Shown: positions 49,766-58,473 of the stretch, in pieces
Numbering within the stretch: the first letter of the stretch is position 1
How the letters are laid out: every line of letters starts with the position of its first letter
Source: a bacterium
GTDB lineage: Bacteria > SZUA-182 > DTGQ01 > JAFGSM01
Length of the DNA: 64,000 bases
Reading direction: 5' to 3'
Assembly: GCA_049472315.1 (NCBI GenBank)
Contig: JBLIRN010000003.1
Location: 22,760 to 86,759, forward strand
Position numbers and translations under genes: made by a program
Notes under the pieces: model-generated
Told to the model about the DNA's origin: nothing
Databases searched by the model: none
Seen by the model: only the letters and a program-made list of their open reading frames with translations

Positions 49766-50044
49766 ATAAAGGGTCCGCTCTCTATACGACCTGCCGTTTT
49801 ATCAACCCCTAGGGTATAGGTCGACGGGGAGAATGATTGTGCCATCGGTCGATTCTATCGTAGTATTGCTGGTCTAATGATTATGGGTACAAAGATTTGA
49901 CCGGCTCCGGCACTGGTCCTTTATGGAACTATGAGTTATGGGATGCGCTGCTATTATTAGATCATTAGCCGCACCATCATAGTTTCTGCTCACTCTGTTT
50001 AAGCGGCTAAGGGGGGGGTGGTAACAATGCCACCCTCTTTTTTT
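49766..50044 (+). ncRNA. Candidate structured non-coding RNA of unrecognised family
   Basis: Bounded by a promoter and a terminator; four helices plus a 10-bp pseudoknot pairing (see findings). Confidence 0.5.
50011..50044 (+). terminator. Intrinsic terminator with no upstream + strand CDS
   Basis: GGGGGTGGTA/TGCCACCCTC stem followed by T7. Confidence 0.7.
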
Positions 50045-50432
50045 ATCTCCCCCGTTTCCCCTCATCCCGGTATAGTATAATTGCTTTTCCCTTGTGCCGC
50101 AGTCCTGTTCCCTTTTCCCCCATTGTTGGTCACGCGTCTTTTGTAATGGATGCAAGGCCCGTTGTCCGGGAAGAATGCAAACTGCAGACATTTGTACCGG
50201 CAGATCGGACGATATATATGGTAGAAAAGGAATCCGATGCCTTGATGTGCATTCGACCGATAATGGTTATTGACAACAACGCGATGCCGTGCACGGTGGA
50301 CCGGTTTTGTTGGAGGGCAGGGTGGCAAGGGATTGGGGGTTTTTGGCCGGCGGAGGATTTTCGTGGTTGCACCGCAGCATTGCTGCACCGTAACACACGC
50401 CGCCCATTTTTTTAATGGGAGGTCTAAAAAGG

Positions 50433-50882
50433 ATGGCGGGCATGAACCACGATAAGGAATACAAGAACCTGGAGGAATGGTTTATCGCCCTCAAGGGCGC
50501 CAAGACAAAGAAACCCGGGGGCGGCAATACCCTTGGGGATGTTCTCAGGGCTCAGAGGGAGAAATTGAACATGAACCAGAGACAACTTGCCAGGGCCTCG
50601 GGCATTACCCCGGCAACGATCTCCAGGTTGGAGAGCGGTCAAGTCAAGGAATTGAAATCAGAGGCATTGAAGAGACTGGCCGATGCCCTCAATGTAACCG
50701 TTGACTACCTGGTGGGAAGAACGGCACACCTTGCACCGGATGACGTAGTCAGGCTTGATCCGCATCTCGAATACATCTTCCACGTGTATGAACAGCTCTC
50801 CTTTAAAAGGAGGGAGGAACTGCTGAATTTCGTCAGATTTCTCTATGAACACGAAGGAAGAAACGAGCCGCAGGGGGGATGA
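50433..50882 (+). CDS. XRE-family HTH transcriptional regulator
   Basis: LRAQREKLNMNQRQLARASGITPATISRLESG...LADALNVTVDYLVG; start uncertain. Confidence 0.9.
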   Translation: MAGMNHDKEYKNLEEWFIALKGAKTKKPGGGNTLGDVLRAQREKLNMNQRQLARASGITPATISRLESGQVKELKSEALKRLADALNVTVDYLVGRTAHLAPDDVVRLDPHLEYIFHVYEQLSFKRREELLNFVRFLYEHEGRNEPQGG

Positions 50883-50938
50883 CCAGTACAGGGGATCGTT
50901 TTTTACCACCCCCATCATGCAATGCTATAGATCCCGGG

Positions 50939-51949
50939 CTAACCCTTTTTCCCTCCAACGTCCTTGTGGTAAATATCCGGGTAGATCTTTTTCAGACACT
51001 CGAGACAAATGGTGTGAATGATGTCCGCATCGGAGAAGGTCCGGATGTACTCCTCCACATGTCGCCACTGGCCCTTCTCGTCCCGTATCTTCTTGCAATG
51101 TCCGCACATGGAGTAGCACCCGCTGAGCCGCTTTATCTTGGCAAGGGATTCACGAAGGTGCGTGTTTATCTCCTTGAGATCATCCTCGCCTTTCTTTAAT
51201 TCCGTGATGTCACGGCCTATCATATTCATCCCCGCAACCTCTCCCCGGTCGTCACTGTACCAGTTCATCTGCCAGAGCATATCGCGGACAGTGCCATCCT
51301 GGTCGATGATCCGGTTTTCGATTGACATGTCATCCTTCCTGCCCTTCATCCAGGTATAGAGGATCCTCTCCATTGTTCCCCTGTCTTCGGGATGAAGGAA
51401 TTCCAGGATGGTGGGCCTGCTGCGCTCCTCGGATTGAGGACCAAGAATCCGCATAGCGGCGGGATTCATATACGCAGGATTTCCCCGCCTGTCGATCCTG
51501 ATGATGAGATCATCCGTGCCCTCCACGAATTCGCGGAATTTCCTCTCATCCTCCCGAAGCTGCCGGTCCGTTTGAGCCCTGTGCAGGGCGATCTCGAGAT
51601 TGACGTGAAGGCTTCTGTCGTCGAATGGCTTGAGGATGTATCCGTAGGGTTCGATCATCTTTGCGCGCAGCACCATCGTGTCCTCGGAGTGGGCGGTGAG
51701 AAAGATGATGGGGATGTGATGCCTTCCGGCAATGCGACGGGCGGTCTCAATGCCGTCGATTTCCCCGGTGAGTACGATGTCCATGAGGATCAGATCAGGG
51801 GCATCCTGCTCGATCCTTTCCAATGCCTCCTCCCCCGACGATGCGGTGGAAGAAATGGCATATCCCAGGTGTTCCAGGCATTCCCTGATATCCTCCGCAA
51901 CGACGAACTCATCCTCAACGATCATTATTCTTGGCTTCGTCCCCTGCAT
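50939..51949 (-). CDS. Response regulator with PAS domain and Cys-rich C-terminal domain
   Basis: VEDE..ILMDI..LTA..KP receiver domain; PAS; CGHCKKIRD..HTICLEC. Confidence 0.9.
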   Translation of the reverse strand: MQGTKPRIMIVEDEFVVAEDIRECLEHLGYAISSTASSGEEALERIEQDAPDLILMDIVLTGEIDGIETARRIAGRHHIPIIFLTAHSEDTMVLRAKMIEPYGYILKPFDDRSLHVNLEIALHRAQTDRQLREDERKFREFVEGTDDLIIRIDRRGNPAYMNPAAMRILGPQSEERSRPTILEFLHPEDRGTMERILYTWMKGRKDDMSIENRIIDQDGTVRDMLWQMNWYSDDRGEVAGMNMIGRDITELKKGEDDLKEINTHLRESLAKIKRLSGCYSMCGHCKKIRDEKGQWRHVEEYIRTFSDADIIHTICLECLKKIYPDIYHKDVGGKKG

Positions 51950-51959
51950 GATGTATCCC

Positions 51960-54047
51960 TCATAGATCCTTGCGGTTGAATCGTATGGTGTAGCGGGTCC
52001 CCTGATTTCGTTGAAGGATTATTTCGCCTTTGAGCTGTTCCTCAACCAATCCCTTGATGAGTCTAAGCCCCAAGGTTTTTGCATTGTGGTAATCTATCCC
52101 ATCAGGAATCCCCTTCCCGTTATCATTCACCGTCAATTCAATTGCTCCATCCCCGTTTGTATGTGCGCTGATCCGTATTTCTCCCTTTCCTGACTCAGAG
52201 AACGCATGCTTCAGGGAATTGGATATGATTTCATTGAGAACCAAACCAATAGGAACCGCCTGATTGATTCCCAGGTTGATGTCATGGACATCTACAGTAA
52301 TATCAATATCTTTTGCCAACACACCGAAAATTTTAAAGATATTCCGTGATATATATATAATATACTGTCTTAGATCGATTTCGGCAAGGTCCTCCGAGTG
52401 GTAGAGGATTTCGTGCACCAGGGCTATGCTGGAGATCCTCCCCTTGCTCTCCTGGTACACCCTTTTCAGATTTTCGTCCTGCACCCGCTCCGCCTGGAGC
52501 TTGAGCAGGCTTGAGATGATCTGGAGGTTATTCTTGACCCGGTGGTGGACCTCCCTCAGAAGCGCCTCCTTCTCCACGAGCGATTGCCGTATCTTCTCCT
52601 CCGCCTGTTTTCGCTCCGTGATGTCTACATTGATCTCGGCAACCAGCCAGTCACCCATCTCGTTCTGGAAGGGTATGGAGGTCACCTGAATCGGCCTGTT
52701 TCCTTCCCTGGTGAGGATCTGCTCGTGTACCACGATATCCCTCTTTTTCAGTGCCTTCATGGCGCCGCAACCGGGGCATATGGTGTTCCTGCCCATGAAG
52801 TATTCATAACACCGCTTATTGCCCGGATTCCCATACCTCTTTTTCCATGCGGGATCCACGTACACAATGTTGCACAGGGGATCGATGATGTCGAGCCCGG
52901 TATTCGTGGCCCCCAGAATGAACTCGATTTGCTGCTTGAGCCGCCTGCTTTCGTCCTCCGAGCGTTTTCGCTCTATGATCTTCCCCAGTCGTTCGGCAAT
53001 GGTTTCAAGGAGATCCCGCTCCTCGACAAAAAGGGGAGGCTCACTGGGGTGTTTTTCAATGCAGAACACCTCGAGAGAGCCGATTTTCCTGCCGTGTACG
53101 AGAATATCGCTCGAATGCTTGAGTGGTGTTTCATCAAACCGCGATGTTGTGACTGCCACCCCTTCCAGACTGATTCTGGCGCATATGATTTCCGGGTCCT
53201 GCCAGGCCAAGGGGATCAAATCCACGATCCCCTGAAGGATTGCCTGCAGCGAGGTATCCCTTCGTTCCATGAAACGGGATATGGCATAGAGGCAATTGAT
53301 CTCATTCACCTTGCGGGCAAGGTCGCGGGTTCGTTCCCTGAGGGCCTCCTCCATTGCCTTTCGCTCGGTGATGTCCGCACCCGAGCACATGATCCCTGTA
53401 GCTGTACCTGCTTCATCCTTCAACACGGTGTTATGCCATGCAATGATCCTCTCCTTACCCTGACTGGTGAGAACCAGCCCTTCATAGTATTCCACGAGCC
53501 CCTTCTTCCCATTCATTAACTGTTCAAAGAAGAACCTGGCTCGTTCCCGCCACCGTTCAGGGAGAAAGTGGTCGAACCAGTTTTTCCCCACGATGTCCCC
53601 TTCCTCATACCCCAGGATTTCGCACCCCTTTTTATTGATAAGGCCCACTGTCTGGTTTGAGTCGATCACCAGGAGAATGACCCCGGCGACATCCAGATAC
53701 ATTTGCGCCCGATCCCTGGCCTCGACCACCACCTGCTCGGCCTCCAGGCGCCTGGAGGCGTTGCGTATGAGCACCGCTATCGTCAGGACCCCGACGACCA
53801 GCACCACGGCCGATTCGATGAGGGCCTGTGCCCAGTTGATGGGGGTTTGAATGGTTCCCAGTACATGGTGCGGAAGGTCGAAGATTTCATTCAGCCATAC
53901 CAGGACAAAGAGCACTGCAAACATGCAGGCGACCGGTTGCCAGATCCTTCCGCCCCTCCAGTGTCCCCCCGCCTTTTTGGTCTTTGTCTGATTCCTTCGC
54001 ACCCTGTGCTTCCCCGGCTTAATAGGGCCCCTTCCGTATATCCTCAT
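51960..54047 (-). CDS. Membrane PAS-domain sensor histidine kinase (HisKA_2 type)
   Basis: Two TM helices; PAS domains; EVHHRVKNNLQ, NEIISNSLKHA, DNGKG and LGLRL motifs. Confidence 0.93.
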   Translation of the reverse strand: MRIYGRGPIKPGKHRVRRNQTKTKKAGGHWRGGRIWQPVACMFAVLFVLVWLNEIFDLPHHVLGTIQTPINWAQALIESAVVLVVGVLTIAVLIRNASRRLEAEQVVVEARDRAQMYLDVAGVILLVIDSNQTVGLINKKGCEILGYEEGDIVGKNWFDHFLPERWRERARFFFEQLMNGKKGLVEYYEGLVLTSQGKERIIAWHNTVLKDEAGTATGIMCSGADITERKAMEEALRERTRDLARKVNEINCLYAISRFMERRDTSLQAILQGIVDLIPLAWQDPEIICARISLEGVAVTTSRFDETPLKHSSDILVHGRKIGSLEVFCIEKHPSEPPLFVEERDLLETIAERLGKIIERKRSEDESRRLKQQIEFILGATNTGLDIIDPLCNIVYVDPAWKKRYGNPGNKRCYEYFMGRNTICPGCGAMKALKKRDIVVHEQILTREGNRPIQVTSIPFQNEMGDWLVAEINVDITERKQAEEKIRQSLVEKEALLREVHHRVKNNLQIISSLLKLQAERVQDENLKRVYQESKGRISSIALVHEILYHSEDLAEIDLRQYIIYISRNIFKIFGVLAKDIDITVDVHDINLGINQAVPIGLVLNEIISNSLKHAFSESGKGEIRISAHTNGDGAIELTVNDNGKGIPDGIDYHNAKTLGLRLIKGLVEEQLKGEIILQRNQGTRYTIRFNRKDL

Positions 54048-54571
54048 TTTATGCGGGTAGCCATGACCCGTTACAAGTCATCGTATGCTTCCTGACGAAC
54101 CAAACGGGTATGAGAGCTGTTTATATTATTATATAAGATATACAAATCTTATGCACCCTTTTGTAACCCGGCAATTCCAATTGTGTCATTGCATTGCTGC
54201 GGCAGACATGTTTACGGGCAGGTATAGGGAGCCTTCCGTAAATGTTTGTACGGCGCATCGTTTACCATATTATTCCATGGTGGTCCGTGCTGCCCGGCAC
54301 GGGTGAGGCCCTTATCCGTTCGGGAGGATGTGTGCCGCTGCACTGCATGGTTTTGTGCCGGACATGGCCGGCAATTGACGAACTGCATGTGTGTCAAGTA
54401 TAGTGTAGCGGAACGGCAATGCTGATTGTGACATTGCATCGTTATGGACAGACATGTCTGCATGCTCCCTGCATGAAGGCTCGAAACGAGAATTGCCGAT
54501 ATCGGAGGGCGATAACTGCCGGTCACACCTTTGGGCGGCATGTCGCTCACCATTGCCACAGAGGGGTGTCA

Positions 54572-56092
54572 ATGAAACGTATCCTGCGGTACGCTGTAAT
54601 CATCTCCTTTATTACCATTGTGGTCTTTCTGGGGCTCTTCAGGATCGTGAACTTCGATTTCGGCTGGCACCTGAAGGCGGGGGAATATATCGTCACCAAC
54701 CGATCCATACCCACCCATGACGTATTCTCGTATATTGCCGAGGGAAACAAATGGGTCGATTCTCACTGGTTGTTTCAATTGGCCTTGTTCGGCTGGTATG
54801 TTCTCGGAGGTACCACCGGGGTCATACTTTTCCGCATCCTCTTACTGACCCTTACCTTCCTCATCCTCTTGTTCACCATATACCGGGAGGAGTACCTCCC
54901 CGTATCCATACTCGTGTGTCTTTTCCCGCTGTTTATCTCGTTTCAGCGGTTCCTCCTGCGGCCGGAGCTGTTCACCTTTCTCTTTCTGGCACTATTCCTG
55001 TACGGCATGGAGCATTTTTCTGAACATCCGCGCCTGTTCCTGGTCCTCATCCCCCTGTGCCAGGCGCTCTGGGCAAACATGCACGGGCTTCACATCCTGG
55101 GCGTGGTGTTCGTGTTTCTGTATCTCCTTGGGGATGGTATACAGGTGGTGCTTTCCGGACGCACCTCCTTCATCGATCCCATTTCCGTCACCGGCAGGGA
55201 ATGGAAGCAGAGGGGCCTGCTCCTGGTATTGACAGGCGGCGCGCTTCTCGCAAATGCCAACGGCATGGAGGGGATACTCTATCCATTCAAGATATTCCAG
55301 GAACTCACCACAAAACAGACCGTGTTCTCCCGGATCACCGAGCTCGTCTCCCCCTTTGCCATGAAGCATGTCCGGTTTCCTGACCCTTCCATCATCTACA
55401 AGATCTTTCTGGTCATATCCATCCTGGTCATTCTGTGCCGGTTGCGGCACGTTCGCTTCGCACACCTTTTTCCCTTCGCCGCATTCCTCTATCTATCCGT
55501 TTTGGCGGTACGGAATATGCCCCTTTTCGCCATCATAGCAACGCCCATCACCATCCACAATGTCTTCGGGATACTGGATTTCTTTGCGCAGGGACGTGCC
55601 AGGGTGTGCATTTTCCGTCCCTCGGTCTTCGCAGCGGCCAGTGCCTGCCTGATTCTCCTTATCGGGCTTCTCTGTGCCTGCATCGCCACCAACGGACTCT
55701 ATCGCCGGTTGCAGTACCTGAGGGCATTTGGCCTCGGGGAGTCCGATTACTATCCTGCCGAGGCGGTCGAGTATCTCCGGGACATGGATTTCGAAGGGAA
55801 TATCTTCAACAGCTCCGACATCGGGGGGTATCTGATCTGGAAATTGTATCCGCGCAAGCAGGTGTCGCTCGACGGAAGGTGGGAGGTGTACGGGGATTTC
55901 CTCAACACCCTCCAGCAGCTCCAGAATGCCTATTACTTCACCCAATTGATGATACGGTATAATATCCAGGTCATTGTCCTGCACAAGCGATCGTGGGAGC
56001 TTCAGCTCATGACCCCCTGGCTTCGGGTGAGCCGCGTGTGGGCAATGACCATGAACACCACCAATGCCGTTGTTTTCGAAAGACGCATGTGA
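54572..56092 (+). CDS. Multi-pass membrane protein, probable GT-C-type glycosyltransferase family
   Basis: DFGWHLKAG, RPELF, WANMHG, RNMPLF and GGYLIW..DGR motifs; at least 10 TM segments. Function is inferred. Confidence 0.6.
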   Translation: MKRILRYAVIISFITIVVFLGLFRIVNFDFGWHLKAGEYIVTNRSIPTHDVFSYIAEGNKWVDSHWLFQLALFGWYVLGGTTGVILFRILLLTLTFLILLFTIYREEYLPVSILVCLFPLFISFQRFLLRPELFTFLFLALFLYGMEHFSEHPRLFLVLIPLCQALWANMHGLHILGVVFVFLYLLGDGIQVVLSGRTSFIDPISVTGREWKQRGLLLVLTGGALLANANGMEGILYPFKIFQELTTKQTVFSRITELVSPFAMKHVRFPDPSIIYKIFLVISILVILCRLRHVRFAHLFPFAAFLYLSVLAVRNMPLFAIIATPITIHNVFGILDFFAQGRARVCIFRPSVFAAASACLILLIGLLCACIATNGLYRRLQYLRAFGLGESDYYPAEAVEYLRDMDFEGNIFNSSDIGGYLIWKLYPRKQVSLDGRWEVYGDFLNTLQQLQNAYYFTQLMIRYNIQVIVLHKRSWELQLMTPWLRVSRVWAMTMNTTNAVVFERRM

Positions 56093-56192
56093 GCCTGATC
56101 AGCCTGGGTGGTCGTACAATCGTGCGTTGTGGGGTATAATGAAGAGAGGTGTATTCGCGACGTCGATGAGATGTGAACATAAGGAGTAATAT

Positions 56193-57605
56193 ATGAGCAA
56201 GGCAGGATTATCCGAGGTCGATAGGGTTAGGGAATTGATTCTGAAGGCGAAGGTGCAGGCCTACCGGGAAATCGATGCCGGACCGGAGCCGGAGCTCACC
56301 AGGAAGGTAAAATGGCCGGTTACCTGCACGGTGGGCCCGGGCCTGGAAGGGGCCATCGCCTGTGAGAGCGAGATAGGGTATGTGAATGGCTCGAAGGGGC
56401 TGCTGATCTATCGGGGATATGATATCTTTGACCTGTGCGCCCATTCATCGTTCGAGGAGGTATCGTACCTGCTCCTGCACGGACGGCTTCCCACAGCCGA
56501 GGAATTTGACCAGTACAAGCGCAAGCTGGCCCGATACCGATTACTCCCTGACACCGAACGGCTCCTCATGAGCTTTCCGGTCGAAGAGATGAACACCATG
56601 GCGGCCTTGCGTCTCGGCGTCAATCTCATGCGCCAGAAACAGACCTACCGCGACAAGAAAACCGCAAAATCCCCGGGGGTGTTTATTGCCACGGACGAGG
56701 ACTCCATCCCTATGGAGACGGTGCCTGCCGGGGACAAGAAACCCATCTATGAATTCCATAAACAAACCTACAGGGAGCAGAGAAAAATGGAGGCGCAGCT
56801 CCTGAGCGCCGAGGGGATCGAGAGCTGTTACCACCTGATCTCCGGGGTGGCCAGCATCGCCGCCTCCATTGCCCGGTTACGCACCGGCCATTTGCCCCTG
56901 GAGCCTGATCCGGAATTGAGCCATGCCGCCAATGTGCTCTACATGATGACCGGCCAGCGTCCCACACCGCTTGAAGAGCGTATCATGGACATATGCCTGA
57001 TCCTGCATGCGGACCATGGCATGAATGCCAGCACCTTTGCCACCCTGGTGGTGGCCTCCACCCTGTCCGATATCTACTTCTCCATCGGATCGGGGATCGC
57101 CGCCCTCAACGGGTCCCTCCACGGCGGCGCCAATGAAAAGGTGATGCACATGCTGGAGCAAATCGGGAAGGTCGAGTTCGTGCAGTCGTGGTACGAGGAC
57201 GCCCGAAAGAGTAATCACAAGGTGATGGGGTTCGGGCATCGGGTGTACAAGGCATATGATCCCCGTGCCCGGGTCCTTGGACCTCTGGCTAAGTTGCTGG
57301 TGCAGGAACACCCCCAGATGAAGGGACTCTTCGATGTGGCCCGGGCGCTGGAAAGGGAGGTGGTATCCACCCTCGGGAAGGAGAAGAAGATCTTTCCCAA
57401 TGTTGATTTTTATTCAGGCCTCGTCTACCGGTCCATGGGAATCGATGCGGAGATGTTCACCCCCATCTTTGCGGTGGCGCGTGTTGCCGGATGGACCGCC
57501 CGGGTGCTCGAATATCTGAAGAGAAACCGCATATTCCGTCCGCGGAGCATCTACGTGGGCCCCTTCGACCTGGGGTACGTCCCGATTGACGAGCGCGGGG
57601 ACTGA
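56193..57605 (+). CDS. gltA: Citrate synthase family enzyme
   Basis: GLEG, YRGY, LHADHGMNAST, LHGGAN, GFGHRVYK..DPR and PNVDFYSG motifs. A methylcitrate synthase cannot be excluded. Confidence 0.88.
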   Translation: MSKAGLSEVDRVRELILKAKVQAYREIDAGPEPELTRKVKWPVTCTVGPGLEGAIACESEIGYVNGSKGLLIYRGYDIFDLCAHSSFEEVSYLLLHGRLPTAEEFDQYKRKLARYRLLPDTERLLMSFPVEEMNTMAALRLGVNLMRQKQTYRDKKTAKSPGVFIATDEDSIPMETVPAGDKKPIYEFHKQTYREQRKMEAQLLSAEGIESCYHLISGVASIAASIARLRTGHLPLEPDPELSHAANVLYMMTGQRPTPLEERIMDICLILHADHGMNASTFATLVVASTLSDIYFSIGSGIAALNGSLHGGANEKVMHMLEQIGKVEFVQSWYEDARKSNHKVMGFGHRVYKAYDPRARVLGPLAKLLVQEHPQMKGLFDVARALEREVVSTLGKEKKIFPNVDFYSGLVYRSMGIDAEMFTPIFAVARVAGWTARVLEYLKRNRIFRPRSIYVGPFDLGYVPIDERGD

Positions 57606-57625
57606 CGTTCGGCAGAAGCGATGTG

Positions 57626-58099
57626 CTATTTCTCGTCACGTGTATCCAATTGCTCGGCTTCCCTGAGCTTATCGATGTCGATCCTGTCCTGCGGCCTTCC
57701 GCTGGCCTCCTTTGACCTGATCAGGTCGGATCTCGAGATGAACGGGATCTTGAGTTCGTCCAATTCAACCACCTCACGGTTCTTCCATGCCTCTTCAAAT
57801 TCGATCCCTGGAATCGACATCATAATGTCCACTCGCAAAGGAGGCCTTCCCATCTGATAGAAGTAAGCCCGGTGGGTGAAGTCATCCGCGGTAAGATTTG
57901 CAAGCGGTGCGCCGAACTCCTTTAGTGCCGCATACACCGCGCGTGCATTCTCCGGGTCAGTCGCTATCCATAGATCAAGATCCTTCGTAAATCGTGGCTC
58001 GCTGTATTTCATCACGGCATAGCCGCCTACAACAAGAAAGCGAATCTCATGCCTTTCGAAAAGATTCAACAGTTCTCTGAAGTCGGAATTCGTCAGCAT
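57626..58099 (-). CDS. Nucleotidyltransferase-fold protein (DUF6036-like)
   Basis: VVGGYAV..PRFTKDLDLW..KEASGRPQDRIDI. Confidence 0.8.
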   Translation of the reverse strand: MLTNSDFRELLNLFERHEIRFLVVGGYAVMKYSEPRFTKDLDLWIATDPENARAVYAALKEFGAPLANLTADDFTHRAYFYQMGRPPLRVDIMMSIPGIEFEEAWKNREVVELDELKIPFISRSDLIRSKEASGRPQDRIDIDKLREAEQLDTRDEK

Positions 58100-58244
58100 C
58101 TTTACCTCGAATCAAGAAATAGTCATGCAGCATCTCCGATACCGCTTCAAAAATGGCGCGATCGCCTTGGGACTGCCAGAAGCGAATATCGAATGAACGC
58201 CTGTCATCCTCGATACGTTGATAGTTTTCCTCTATTACCCTCAT
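58047..58244 (-). CDS. Small partner protein of the nucleotidyltransferase
   Basis: GGAGAGG RBS; DIRFWQSQ..RLQRTV; overlaps the NTase start. Confidence 0.6.
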   Translation of the reverse strand: MRVIEENYQRIEDDRRSFDIRFWQSQGDRAIFEAVSEMLHDYFLIRGKDADEFRLQRTVESFRKA

Positions 58245-58473
58245 TTCCTCTCCAGCCTCATAATGAGAAAAAAACATCATGGATTAGATAGGAGGTTGCG
58301 AGATTCCTGTCGTTGTAGTGCCGTATCATCAGTTAACTAGATGATATACAAATGATTAGTGAAAGGCAAGCGAAATTGTTCACATAGTCAATAAAATCTA
58401 TACAAATTTTGTTTCGCATTGCGGACGCCCACCAGATTGGGGAGACTATTATCAAATAATTTTGACAGTGTCC

